Shown: positions 20,986 to 32,600 of the stretch, piece after piece
Numbering within the stretch: position 1 is the first letter of the stretch
Layout: every line of letters starts with the position of its first letter
Position numbers and translations under genes: made by a program
NCBI GenBank assembly: GCA_963744145.1
Contig: CAVUSO010000001.1
Coordinates: 2,368,001-2,432,000 of the forward strand
Origin: an uncultured cyanobacterium
Lineage (GTDB): Bacteria > Cyanobacteriota > Cyanobacteriia > Cyanobacteriales > CAWUOF01
Direction: 5' to 3'
Length of the DNA: 64,000 bases
Notes under the pieces: generated by a model
Told to the model about the DNA's origin: nothing
Database searches by the model: none
Seen by the model: only the letters and a program-made list of their open reading frames with translations

Positions 20986-21615
20986 TTAAGGTTGGTGATC
21001 TTCCTCTTTAACGACAAAATTAATTCGTTGGTAAATATCTGTCAGGGGGATTTGCAATTCTAGGGATTCTAGGGTTAATATAGATTCCTGGGATTCATAT
21101 TCTGTTAATTCCCATTTCCCCTTTGAATTTTTGGCAAATTGTTCGATATGATAACTATATTGATCAATTAAAATGTATTCCTGCAATTCTGGGATTGAAC
21201 GATAAAATCGAAATTTATTACCGCGATCGTAGTTTTCGGTTGAATCAGATAAAATCTCTATAATCATAAGTGGATTTGTCACGTTCGTCTGCTTATTTCC
21301 TTGATAAATTGGTTGTCCTTGAATCACCATGATATCAGGATAGAAGTAACGACGAATTTCGGGTATCCACAGACGTACATCACTAATAAATATCTCATAA
21401 TCTTGATCATTCATACTCAAGAGAAATTGGCGGCAAAAATTTAGGGCAATTTTATTATGATTAGCAGTTCCACCTGTTATTTGAATAATCTCTCCATCAT
21501 GGTATTCACTTTTATCGATCGCAGTTTCTTCTAAAGCTAGATATTCTTCCGGTGTGTAGTAGCGTTTTTCAGGTTTTGGCTGATTAGCGATCGGGTTTAT
21601 TACCTGAGTTTCCAT
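20986..21615 (-). CDS. Uma2 family putative endonuclease
   Basis: YTPEEYL, YPDIMV, EILSDST..YDRG.KF..YR.I..LQEYILIDQ. Confidence 0.92.
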   Translation of the reverse strand: METQVINPIANQPKPEKRYYTPEEYLALEETAIDKSEYHDGEIIQITGGTANHNKIALNFCRQFLLSMNDQDYEIFISDVRLWIPEIRRYFYPDIMVIQGQPIYQGNKQTNVTNPLMIIEILSDSTENYDRGNKFRFYRSIPELQEYILIDQYSYHIEQFAKNSKGKWELTEYESQESILTLESLELQIPLTDIYQRINFVVKEEDHQP

Positions 21616-21687
21616 AGTTATTTCCTTCCCCATTTGCAGTCATTTTATGATTATACAATAAGTTGTTAATCCTGACAATTGGAGCTT

Positions 21688-21976
21688 GTAGGGGCAAAGC
21701 ATTTCGGCAGATCAGTAATGGCTTAAAACTAGAAAGATATGACCGAAATGCTTTGCCCTCGGCCATTTATGAATCAAAGAGATTGACTATATTCCCATGC
21801 TGTTTTAATTGAATTGGATTTTAATATATAGTTGATCTGTTGGTTTCATAAATGGTGAGGGCAAAGCATTTCGGTCATATTATACTTCCCTTCGACTACG
21901 CCCTTCGACTCCGCTCAGGGAACACTCAGGGTAAACGCTTAGGCCATTATCTATTCGCCGAAATGCTTTGCCCCTA
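21688..21976. repeat. Composite REPIN/MITE-like palindrome with a nested second repeat family
   Basis: Two REP hairpin units (21688-21760, 21857-21976) in inverted orientation, inner arms ccatttatgaa / ttcataaatgg, and a nested cccttcgact(a/c)cgc repeat at about 21888-21931. Confidence 0.8.
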
Positions 21977-22104
21977 CAATTAACTGAATAATTTGTATTC
22001 TTCGATCGCAATTTGTAAAGTTTTGTATCAGAATGGCAATTTTCTGAGCAAAAATCGATGATTTTTAGTATAATCTAGGCTAATTTGTCAAAACGCATCT
22101 ACCT

Positions 22105-25100
22105 ATGAAAATTATACATGGAACTTGGATTCCAGAATCAACAAATACTTTTATTCAAAAAGGTGGATTTTTTATTTGGGTGGAAACCCCGATTAAAATT
22201 AATCAGAAATATCCAGCAGGTTATCATCCTGGTCAGCTTAGTGGGACGGAATTAGAAGCATTTTTAATTAATGATTTAGGTGTACCCGCGATCGCGAATG
22301 GGAAATTGAGTCAAAAAATCTCTGCTAAATATTTTGCTCTCCCGACCGCGAATCATCAACCTTTACCTTCACCAGAATTAGAGAAATATTTAGAAACAGA
22401 AGTAGATCAGGAATATGAAAATTTAAATTTTGCCTATTGGGAAGTTAATGCTTATGAAGTTAGTTTAAAAATGGGAGATGCTATTTATAATCATAATATT
22501 ATTAAATTTCTGAACAATATTCATTTTTTATGTATTCACAACTCCTTAGAAATCTCATTTGGTTCAGATTTATTGTTTTGGTATCACTACACCCAAGCGT
22601 TTAAAGAAATTATTCTGAAAGATCAATATATTCCAGCTTTAATCTATCAGGAACCCCAGATTCCTATTACTAAAGGTAAACGGAAAAAGCCGGAGAATTC
22701 CTTTGAGATTTATGGAGGGTGGGAAATTATTCCTGATCAATCTACTAGATTAATTAACAATTATACAGCTTATATGCCCTTAGTTTGTACTGCGGGAGCA
22801 ATGAGTCCTAGGACAACAGTAGAATTTTATGAGCGAGATAGTTTACTAATTCATTTTTCTGAATATTTACTCCATGAAATTGTCACCAACACACCTTCAA
22901 CAGCTAAATTTGATCAATTAATCACAGATACTTTAATCTCGCGTTGCTTTAATTCCGATCCAAACAATCCGAGAACTAGTACATCAGCACTAGAAGAATA
23001 TAAACAGTGGTATGCTTGGAGAGAAAAATTAACTAGCAGTCATGCTCATGCTACTTTTAATCTTTGTTTCTTATTAGAAGAAGCAAGTCGGGAAACTGAT
23101 GATTGGAGAATTCATTTTCTCGCTAATGCTAAAGAAGATCCTTCCTTTCGATTACCTTTGAGTGAATATTGGGGCTTAAATCAGAGTCGAAAAAAGGAAT
23201 TGGGAATGTATTTTGGGAAAGATTTTGAAACCCAGCTCTTATTAAATTTAGGACAAGCTGCGAGAATTTATCCCAAAATTTGGGAAGGATTAGAAACAGA
23301 TCGTCCGGTGGGATTATTATTAAATGTGAACGAAGCATTTGAGTTTTTGAAAGAAAGTGCTTGGATCTTAGAAGATGCTGGTTATAAAGTAATTATTCCT
23401 GCTTGGTGGACACCAGAAGGTCGTCGTCGGGCAAAAATTCGTCTCAAGACTTCGACCAGAGCAAAAGCAGCAGCACTGAAACAAGGATATTTTAGTTTAG
23501 ATTCTCTGATTCAATATAGTTATCAATTATCAATGGGGGGTGAAGTTATCACCCAGAAAGAATGGGAACGATTAGTAGATACAAAAACTCCCCTGATCCA
23601 ATGGAGAGGACAGTGGATGGAGTTGGATATTGAAAAAATGCAGCAGTTGCTCGAATTTTGGCGATCGCAAGCTGAAGAACAACCAGAAATTGAGCTATTA
23701 GATTTATTGAAAATGACTGCTGATGTGGAAACCGATTTAGAAATTGAACATGATGAAGTTTTATCAGATTTGATGGCAAAATTACAAGATAAGAGTCGGA
23801 TTGAAATGATTGAAGATCCACCCCAATTACAAGGGAAATTGCGGGAATATCAAAAACGGGGAGTATCCTGGTTACAATATTTAGACGGATTGGGTTTAAA
23901 TGGATGTTTAGCTGACGATATGGGATTAGGAAAGTCAGTTCAAGTCATTGCTCGGTTAGTTAATGAAAAAGCTACAGCAGCAAAACCACTTCCTCCCACC
24001 TTATTAATAGCACCTACTTCAGTAGTAGGAAATTGGCAAAAAGAAATTGAAAAATTTGCTCCCCATTTACGGACTATGGTTCATCATGGGAGCGATCGCA
24101 TTCAAGTACCAGCGGATTTTAAAGCTGCTTGTTCGGAATATGATGTAGTCATTAGTTCCTTTACTTTAGCACGGAAGGATGAAAAACTATTTAGTAGTGT
24201 GAAATGGCAACGTTTAGTTTTAGATGAAGCTCAAAATATCAAAAATCCTAAAGCTGCTCAAACTAAAGCTATTTTAAAATTAAAAGCTAAACATAAATTA
24301 GCTTTAACTGGAACACCAGTAGAAAATCGTTTGCTTGATTTGTGGTCAATTTTCAATTTTCTGAATCCAGGTTATTTAGGAAAAGAAACCCAATTTCGTA
24401 AAGCATTTGAGCTTCCAATTCAAAAAGATAACAACCGAGTTAAGTCTACTACCCTAAAACAATTAGTAGAACCGTTTATTTTGCGACGGGTAAAGACCGA
24501 TAAATCAATTATTAATGATTTACCGGATAAAGTCGAGCAAAAGGTTTATTGTAATTTAACCAAAGAACAAGCTTCGCTCTATGAAGCTTTAGTTAAAGAT
24601 GTGAGTGAACAAATTAATAGTCTTGAAGGTATCCAAAGGAAAGGGTTAATTTTAGCAACTTTATTAAAATTAAAGCAAATTTGCAATCATCCTGCCCAAT
24701 TTTTACAAGATGGAAGTGAATTTTCAGTAGAGCGATCGCATAAACTTAGTCGTCTAACTGAAATGGTCGAGGAAGTAATGACAGAAGGAGAAAGTTTATT
24801 AATCTTCAGTCAATTTACCGAAATTTGTGCGGGATTAGAAAAATACTTCAAGCACACTTGTCATTATAACACCTATTATATACATGGAGGAACTAATCGA
24901 CATAAGCGGGAACAAATGATCAGTGAATTCCAACAAGAAGAAACGGAAGCATCAATATTTATTCTATCCCTAAAAGCAGGGGGAGTAGGGATTACACTCA
25001 CCAAAGCTAATCATGTATTTCATTTTGATCGTTGGTGGAATCCAGCAGTAGAAGATCAAGCAACAGATCGAGCTTTTCGGATTGGTCAAAGTAAAAACGT

Positions 25101-25278
25101 TTTTGTCCATAAATTTGTCGCGATCGGGACTTTAGAAGAACGGATCGATCAGATGATTACCGATAAGAAAAAATTAGCTGATGCAGTCATGAATGCAGAT
25201 GAATCTTGGTTAACTGAGTTAGACAATGAAGCGTTTAAGGAATTGATTAGCTTGAATAAAGCTGCTATTTTAGATTAA
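22105..25278 (+). CDS. SNF2/SWI2 family helicase-like ATPase (DUF3670 + SNF2 + Helicase_C)
   Basis: LADDMGLGK, LDEAQNIKN, LTGTPVEN, LRRVK and DRWWNPAVEDQATDRAFRIGQ. Confidence 0.96.
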   Translation: MKIIHGTWIPESTNTFIQKGGFFIWVETPIKINQKYPAGYHPGQLSGTELEAFLINDLGVPAIANGKLSQKISAKYFALPTANHQPLPSPELEKYLETEVDQEYENLNFAYWEVNAYEVSLKMGDAIYNHNIIKFLNNIHFLCIHNSLEISFGSDLLFWYHYTQAFKEIILKDQYIPALIYQEPQIPITKGKRKKPENSFEIYGGWEIIPDQSTRLINNYTAYMPLVCTAGAMSPRTTVEFYERDSLLIHFSEYLLHEIVTNTPSTAKFDQLITDTLISRCFNSDPNNPRTSTSALEEYKQWYAWREKLTSSHAHATFNLCFLLEEASRETDDWRIHFLANAKEDPSFRLPLSEYWGLNQSRKKELGMYFGKDFETQLLLNLGQAARIYPKIWEGLETDRPVGLLLNVNEAFEFLKESAWILEDAGYKVIIPAWWTPEGRRRAKIRLKTSTRAKAAALKQGYFSLDSLIQYSYQLSMGGEVITQKEWERLVDTKTPLIQWRGQWMELDIEKMQQLLEFWRSQAEEQPEIELLDLLKMTADVETDLEIEHDEVLSDLMAKLQDKSRIEMIEDPPQLQGKLREYQKRGVSWLQYLDGLGLNGCLADDMGLGKSVQVIARLVNEKATAAKPLPPTLLIAPTSVVGNWQKEIEKFAPHLRTMVHHGSDRIQVPADFKAACSEYDVVISSFTLARKDEKLFSSVKWQRLVLDEAQNIKNPKAAQTKAILKLKAKHKLALTGTPVENRLLDLWSIFNFLNPGYLGKETQFRKAFELPIQKDNNRVKSTTLKQLVEPFILRRVKTDKSIINDLPDKVEQKVYCNLTKEQASLYEALVKDVSEQINSLEGIQRKGLILATLLKLKQICNHPAQFLQDGSEFSVERSHKLSRLTEMVEEVMTEGESLLIFSQFTEICAGLEKYFKHTCHYNTYYIHGGTNRHKREQMISEFQQEETEASIFILSLKAGGVGITLTKANHVFHFDRWWNPAVEDQATDRAFRIGQSKNVFVHKFVAIGTLEERIDQMITDKKKLADAVMNADESWLTELDNEAFKELISLNKAAILD

Positions 25279-25304
25279 CTTTAACCTAACTAGGGAGAAA
25301 AATA

Positions 25305-26144
25305 ATGGCTCAATTTAGTAAGACTTGGTGGGGAAAACGTTTTATTCTAGCATTAGAAAGGTTTAGTAATCCCTCGCGATTATCAAGAGGACGTTCCTAT
25401 GCTAGCAATGGGAAAGTAATTAGTTGCGAAGTGAAAAATAACACAATTTCTGCGGTAGTGAGAGGTTCAATAAATCCCTATTTTGGAGTTTACAAAGAAC
25501 CCAAATATAAGACGACCATTAAAATTACTCCCATTAGTAGTGCTAATTGGTCGAAAGTGCTTAGTAAACTGTCCTCAAAAGCTAGTTTTGTTTCCAAATT
25601 ACTGTTAAATGAAGTTCCTGATAATATTGAAAATGCTTTTAGCGAGCTGGGATTACATCTTCTTCCTTATAGTGAAAAGGATTTTGATAATAATTGTTCT
25701 TGTCCCGATTACGAGAATCCATGTAAACATATTGCGGGAGTATATTATTTAGTAGCATCTCAGTTAGATCATGATCCATTTCTGTTATTTGAACTCAGAG
25801 GTTTATCGAGAAGTGAGTTACAAACTGAATTAGCTAAAACTCCTTTAGGGAAAATTTTATCAGCTGAATTAGGAACGAAAGAATATATCTTAAATTCCGC
25901 AGAGTCTTATTATTCTCCGCTAGAAAAAGTCACAATAAACGAGCCAATTAATCCAAGAGAGTTTTGGTTAGGAACTAAACGACTTCCCCAAACCATAGAA
26001 ACAGCTCAATCTGCATCATTATCTGCGATCGCGGTGAAAAAGCAAGGGGATTTTCCGGCTTTTTGGAAAAAAGATTATTCTTTTATTGCGGTAATGGAAG
26101 AGTTTTATGAACGGGTGAAGACTAAAAATAAAGATGTTTTATAA
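25305..26144 (+). CDS. SWIM zinc finger protein
   Basis: WWG, RL.RGR.YA, CSCPD...PCKH and DPFLLF.LRG. Confidence 0.93.
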   Translation: MAQFSKTWWGKRFILALERFSNPSRLSRGRSYASNGKVISCEVKNNTISAVVRGSINPYFGVYKEPKYKTTIKITPISSANWSKVLSKLSSKASFVSKLLLNEVPDNIENAFSELGLHLLPYSEKDFDNNCSCPDYENPCKHIAGVYYLVASQLDHDPFLLFELRGLSRSELQTELAKTPLGKILSAELGTKEYILNSAESYYSPLEKVTINEPINPREFWLGTKRLPQTIETAQSASLSAIAVKKQGDFPAFWKKDYSFIAVMEEFYERVKTKNKDVL

Positions 26145-26184
26145 TGGGAGGAAAATAGTTGGCGATCGTCAGCTAAATTTCCGA

Positions 26185-27078
26185 TTAGAACACAGATAAA
26201 TTTAACTGTTTAGCACCATCAAAAGAAGCATTATTAAGAATAGCTTTTCGGAAGTTTGTATTTTTCAGTGTGGCATTGGTAAAATTAACACCAGAGCAGT
26301 TAGCATTTTGGAAAGATGTACCACCTAGAGCTGAAATATTTACTGCAATTGTATGAAGCCATGTATTTTTATTGCTCACTTTAACAGAGTGCCAACCCCT
26401 ATAGACATAGAGCAACATTAATAAATATATACACACATCAATTGGAAAATAAATAGTCATCGACCAATCCAACGGAAAATCCATTATCCCAAGCACAGAA
26501 AGAGGCATCTGTGTTACAACATAGAAGATAAAGAGAAGAGCATCGGTATCTCCAGCTATTCTAGTAATTGCGATCGCAGTAGCAATAATAATATCGGCAA
26601 AGAAAATAATAGAGATAATTCTGGTATTTTTATCTATAAACATAAGAATAATCATAAAAACAAAACTAATTATGGCCAATTTCCTCAAATCTAATTTTTG
26701 ATAAAGGGGTAAAAAACTAAACCCTAAAACCATAAATAAATAGATATAACCATAGGCAGTAATATTATAGGTTTTTTGTCCATTAAATGACATTAATCCA
26801 AATGTAGCTAGATAGGTTTGAGAAAATGTTGCAATCACTAAAGCTGCAAAACAAATAGTCAAAAATGTAAATATCCATCGCTTCTGCAATCCAGCATTAG
26901 CTTGGACAAATTTACAACCAGTTAGATTAGCTCGACTAAAATCAGTTCCCCTGATATCACATTGAGAAAAATCAGCACCTGATAAGTCTTTACCTTGAAA
27001 CGATAAACCCCTAAGATTCTTATTGCGAAAGTCTCTTTTCCCTTTATTGTAGCAATTTAATATTTCTTTAGCCTTCAT
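26185..27078 (-). CDS. Pentapeptide repeat membrane protein (possibly C-terminally truncated)
   Basis: A(D/N)FS/L repeats flank several TM helices; GGTSF motif; ends abruptly after the second repeat block. Confidence 0.8.
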   Translation of the reverse strand: MKAKEILNCYNKGKRDFRNKNLRGLSFQGKDLSGADFSQCDIRGTDFSRANLTGCKFVQANAGLQKRWIFTFLTICFAALVIATFSQTYLATFGLMSFNGQKTYNITAYGYIYLFMVLGFSFLPLYQKLDLRKLAIISFVFMIILMFIDKNTRIISIIFFADIIIATAIAITRIAGDTDALLFIFYVVTQMPLSVLGIMDFPLDWSMTIYFPIDVCIYLLMLLYVYRGWHSVKVSNKNTWLHTIAVNISALGGTSFQNANCSGVNFTNATLKNTNFRKAILNNASFDGAKQLNLSVF

Positions 27079-27307
27079 AACAGCTTTTTCAAGAGAAGAA
27101 TAACGACCGCTCACATATTTATTTGATTATAAACCTCACCATCAAAAATTGCCTAGGACTATCATCTGATTAATCTGTGACGCGCTACATTGACAATCTG
27201 TAATAAATAGGGTAAATTTAGAAGTCGGGTTTAGATATTGCTGTATATTGATGGGAGCTTTTGACCTTCGACTTAAACCCCCTATTAATTCTTAAGAAAA
27301 CAGCCAG

Positions 27308-29521
27308 ATGTCCCAAATTAAACGCCGTCATTTTCTCCAATTTGCTGGCTCAACTCTAGCTGCTATGGGTCTGAGTCAGATTGACTTTTTCCGACAAGCA
27401 AATCAGTATGCTCAGGTTCTTGCTCAGAATACTACTCGTAAACTTGCCCTGTTGATTGGAATTAATAACTACCCTGCTCCTAATGGTTTATCCGGTTGTG
27501 ATACTGATGTCGATCTACAGCGGGAGTTACTAATTTATCGCTATGGCTTTAATCCGAAAGATATCTACGAAGTTCGAGATGAGAAAGCAACTCGTCAGGG
27601 TATTTTGGATGCGTTTGAAGAGCATTTAATTAATCAGGCACAACCTGGGGATGTGGTGATCTTTCACTATTCTGGTCATGGTTCGCGAGTTCAGGATGCT
27701 GATCCAAATCCTGGGATGGTTTTCAATAATCAGGGTTTTAACAGTACCCTCGTTCCTGTCGATCGGGAGATTCTGAATTCCCATCAAGTGCGCGATATTA
27801 TGGGACATACCCTGTTCCTGCTGACTTCTGCTTTAGCAACGGATCAGGTGACGATGGTGCTGGATAGCTGTTTTTCTGGTGGTGGTTTGCGGGGAAATAC
27901 CCGAATTCGGGCTTATCCTACTCGCGATCGCTATAGTATTGGTGAACTTCCCAGTCAAGCGGAATTTGACTATCAGAACCGTTGGTTAGCGGATAAACGG
28001 GTAAATTTGACTCCCCAAGCATTTGCCCAAAAACGGAAAGTTGGGATTGCCAAAGGAGTTGCCATCGGGGCGGCATTGACCACACAGGAAGCTCACGAAG
28101 CACCAGAGCAAACCTTTGGGGGCAATCTTCAGGCAGGAGTTTTTACTTATCTGTTGACTCGATATCTATGGCAACTTTCTATTCAACAGTCGATCGCCAC
28201 AACTTTTGATTATTTGGCACTTAGTACGGGTAAATTGACACTCGAACGACAAAAACCTTTATTAGAAACAAATAACTTAAGCAGTCCGATCCAAAAACAA
28301 CCTGTTTATTTCCTGAATTCAACAACCCCTGCGGCGGAGGCTGTAGTCAATAAAGAGCCAGAAAGTAATGAAAAAATTTCCTTTTGGTTGGGAGGAGTTT
28401 CCCCTACAACACTGATAACTTATGAACCAGGTGCAAAATTTGACATCATTGATAACCAAGGAAATGCGGTTGGAGTAATTGAGCTAACGGGTCGAGACCA
28501 TCTGCAAGCTGTGGGCAAATTGTTACCTGGTGGAAAAACTTCAGTTACAAAAGGAACTCTGCTACGAGAGCAAATTAAAGGTGTACCAGCCAATCTGACT
28601 CTCAAGGTGGGAATGGATGTATCTCTGGGCAATGATCTTGCTACTGTACAACAAGCACTTCAGTCTATGAACCGGATCGAAGTTTTACCCGTGACCCAGC
28701 AGCAAGAACTAGATTGTGTATTCGGGCGAATGTCTGACCAGATATTGGGTCAGTTGAAGTTACAGAATTTTGGCAAGCTTCCACCGGAAAATAGTTTCTG
28801 TTTATTTAACCCGGATCTAACTCCGATCGCCGACTCATCTGGTGCGGTTAGTGAATCAGTAACATCAGCGATCGCCCGATTACGTCCCCGATTGAAAGCT
28901 TTGTTAGCTAGAAAAGTATTGAAAGCTGTTTTGGGAGATAGCAACGGTTCTCCTCTCAGGGTTAGTGCTGACATCATCCAAGATGATCAAGGAAAAGAAA
29001 CAACCTTGACCACGCTGAATAGTCGGGGGAATCAAGAAGCAGGTGGAAGGTCTTTAACTATTAATATTCCATCAAAACCATTAAAACCTGATACCAATCT
29101 CTATGTGCAGGTGCAGAATAATGAATCTAAAACCTTGTATGTGGCGATTTTAGTAATTTCTGATAGTGGCGAATTTAATGTGTTATATCCCATTGGAAAC
29201 GCGATCGATTCTGCTTTAGTTGAAAAGGGTAAATCTTTGAAAACTCCCTATCCGATTATTACGCAGGGTCCAGCAGGATATTTTGAGTTATTGGTGATTG
29301 CAAGCAAGGATCAATTGAGAGATACACTTAAAGCAGTGACAGAAATTGCTAAAGGTCGTAGTAGAGGAAGTGAACCTGTGATACTACAAGAAGATGAACC
29401 GTTACAAGTTGTCAATGAGATATTGGGCGATATAGCCCGAGCAGGTGCAAAAGCTGGAATCCAAGGAATAGATACAAGGATATCAGCAACTTTATCTACT
29501 GTTATACAAGTTACTGATTGA
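27308..29521 (+). CDS. Caspase family (peptidase C14) protein with Tat-like signal and C-terminal DUF4384-like domain
   Basis: KRRHFLQ twin-arginine motif, ALLIGIN.Y, HYSGHG (catalytic His), LDSCFSGG (catalytic Cys). Confidence 0.9.
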   Translation: MSQIKRRHFLQFAGSTLAAMGLSQIDFFRQANQYAQVLAQNTTRKLALLIGINNYPAPNGLSGCDTDVDLQRELLIYRYGFNPKDIYEVRDEKATRQGILDAFEEHLINQAQPGDVVIFHYSGHGSRVQDADPNPGMVFNNQGFNSTLVPVDREILNSHQVRDIMGHTLFLLTSALATDQVTMVLDSCFSGGGLRGNTRIRAYPTRDRYSIGELPSQAEFDYQNRWLADKRVNLTPQAFAQKRKVGIAKGVAIGAALTTQEAHEAPEQTFGGNLQAGVFTYLLTRYLWQLSIQQSIATTFDYLALSTGKLTLERQKPLLETNNLSSPIQKQPVYFLNSTTPAAEAVVNKEPESNEKISFWLGGVSPTTLITYEPGAKFDIIDNQGNAVGVIELTGRDHLQAVGKLLPGGKTSVTKGTLLREQIKGVPANLTLKVGMDVSLGNDLATVQQALQSMNRIEVLPVTQQQELDCVFGRMSDQILGQLKLQNFGKLPPENSFCLFNPDLTPIADSSGAVSESVTSAIARLRPRLKALLARKVLKAVLGDSNGSPLRVSADIIQDDQGKETTLTTLNSRGNQEAGGRSLTINIPSKPLKPDTNLYVQVQNNESKTLYVAILVISDSGEFNVLYPIGNAIDSALVEKGKSLKTPYPIITQGPAGYFELLVIASKDQLRDTLKAVTEIAKGRSRGSEPVILQEDEPLQVVNEILGDIARAGAKAGIQGIDTRISATLSTVIQVTD

Positions 29522-29682
29522 TGAATCTAGAATTAGCAGTTTTAGAGCATCGCGGTTATTTTAGATCAGAAAGCCGTTATAATTCTATTGTAAATATGCG
29601 ATCGCCGCCTATTTTTTGTTAGTTGAGAATTTTTCAGTAATTTTTTGGTATTTTAATGAAAATATAATTTGAGTATAAAAAT

Positions 29683-32600
29683 ATGAAATTTCAAAAAATA
29701 AGATTGACGGCAATATTATCATTTTTAATAACGCTAAGTACGGGTGAATTTCCTACTATTATTAATTCTCAATTGAAAATATCTTCTTCATTGGCGATCG
29801 CCCAAATAAATATTGTCCAAACAAATGCTGATAAAAAAGCTGAGGCTGACAGGTTATTAAAACAAGGTATTGAGCAGTATCAAAATAGTCAATTTCAAGC
29901 GGCATTACAATCTTGGCAACAAGCACTAATCATTTGTCGCGAAATTAAAGACCGCTCTGGTGAGGGTAATGCTCTGGGCAATCTCGGACTTGCTTACTAT
30001 TCTCTCGGTAACTACACCAAAGCCATTGATTACCATCAACAACATTTGGTGATCGCCCGGGAAATCAAAGACTACAAAGCTGAAGGGTATGCTCTAGGTA
30101 ATCTGGGCAATGCTTATCATTATCTTGGCCAACACACTACCGCTATTGATTACTATAAACAGGCATTAACGATCGCCCGGAAAATTAAAGGCCGCGAAAT
30201 AGAAGGGAAAATTTTGCTAGGGCTGGGTCTTGCATACGATTCTCTTGGTAACTACACAAAAGCGATTGACTATTATCAGCAAAGCTTAGTAATTACCCGA
30301 GAAATTAAAGACATACAAACTGAGAATATAGCTCTAGAAAGGCTAAGACTTGCTCAAATAAATGTAGACCCAAAAACTAAAGCCCGGAAATCGGAAGCTG
30401 ACAGACTATGGCAACAAGGGAGACAGCAGGATAAAACCAGTCAATTTCAAGCGGCATTACAATCTTGGCAACAAGCACTAATCATTTATCAAGAAATCAA
30501 AGACCGCCAAAGTGAGGGTAATACTCTGAACTATCTGGGACTTGTTTACAGTCATCTTGATCAATACACCAAAGCGATAGAGTACGAACAGCAAAGTTTG
30601 GCGATCGCTCGCGAAATTAAAGACAGTCAAACTGAGGGGGTTGCTCTAGACAATTTGGGAAACGTTTACCATTCTCTTGGCGAATACACCATAGCAATCG
30701 ATTGCCATAAACTGGCATTACTGATCTATCACAAAATTAAAGACCGTCAAGGTGAGGATCATGTTCTGAACAATCTGGGACTCACTTACCATTCTCTTGG
30801 CGAATACACTATAGCAATTGATTACTTTAAACAGGCATTAGTGATCGCCCGTGAAAGTAAAGACCGTCAAAGTGAGGGTTATGCTCTGGGCAATCTGGGA
30901 AACGCTTACGATTCTCTTGGCAAACACCACACGGCAATTAATTACTATAAACAGACATTATTGATCGCCCGTGAAAGTAAAGACCGTCAAAGTGAGGAAA
31001 CGGCTCTGGGCAATCTGGGACTTGCTTACCAGAATCTCGGCCAATACCCCACAGCAATTAATTACCATAACCAGCAATTGGCGAGTTCCCGGGAAATTAA
31101 AGACCGTCAAGGTGAGGGTATAAGTCTGAACAATCTGGGACTTGATTACTATTTTCTCGGTCAATATCCTACAGCAATTGATTACCATAAACAGGGATTA
31201 GTGATCGCCCGCAAAATTAAATACCGTCAACTTGAGAATATCATTCTAGCTAACTTGGGATTAATTCTCTACAAACAAGGTAATTTCAATACTGCTGAAA
31301 AATCATTATTTGCTAGTATCAATATTTCAGAAACACTAAGAAGTAGATTAGATGATACTGACAAAATATCAATATTTGACACACAAAAGAGTCCATATAT
31401 TAATTTACAAAAAGTATTAGTTGCTGAGAATAAAACTAAAGAAGCCTTAGAAATTTCCGAACGTGGTAGGGCAAGAGCATTTGTTGAGTTATTAGCATCT
31501 CGTTTATCCTCATCAGTTCAAACTAATATTACTCCACTGAATATCCAACAAATACAACAAATCGCATCTGAACAAAACTCAACAGTTGTTGAATATTCAA
31601 TTATTTGGGATGAATCTATATATATTTGGGTAGTAAAGCCTACTGGTGAAATTGTGTTTCACCAACTAGATATCAAGTCTTTAAACCAGCAACAACATAC
31701 ATCCTTAAAAGATTTCGTTAACAAAAGTCGTAACTCTATTGGAGTAAGAGGATTACCCGTTCGTGCAGGTCTAACCATACCATCTAATATCCTAGCATTC
31801 CTAGAAAAAACCGATGAAGCTACTGCTAAAGATCATCTTCGACAACTCTATCAAATTCTCATCCAGCCGATCGCCGACATCCTACCAAAAGACCCCAACC
31901 AGCGAGTTATTTTCATTCCCCATGATGCTCTCTTTCTAGTCCCATTCCCCGCATTGTTAGATGCCAATGGTAAATACTTAATCGAACAACACACAATTTT
32001 AACAGCTCCTTCGATTCAGGTTTTAGACTTAACACAGAAACAAAAGAAGGAAATAGATACTCAATCAGGACTAGGGAAATCTCTAGTAGTAGGTAATCCA
32101 ACCATGCCTAGTGTGCCCTATGAACCAGGACAACAACCACAACCACTCCCACAATTACCTGGTGCTGAACAAGAAGCGATCGCGATCGCCCCTCTCCTCC
32201 AAACTCAACCTTTGACTGGAAATCAAGCTACTAAATCAGCGATCATCCAGAAAATGCAAGAATCACGAATCATTCACTTAGCTACACATGGATTATTGGA
32301 TGATCTGCGCGGATTAGGAAGTGCGATCGCCCTAGCTCCTGATCCTCGAAAACCAGCGGAAGATCAATATGGACGAGCTAACGGTTTACTCACTGCGGAA
32401 GAAATTTTGGACATGAAACTGAAAGCGGATTTAATTGTGTTGAGTGCCTGTAATACCGGACGGGGTAAAATTACTGGAGATGGAGTGATTGGATTGTCGC
32501 GATCGCTAATATCCGCAGGAATACCAAGTGTAATGGTTTCCCTGTGGTCAGTTCCCGATGCACCAACTGCGGAATTAATGACAGATTTTTACAATAACTG

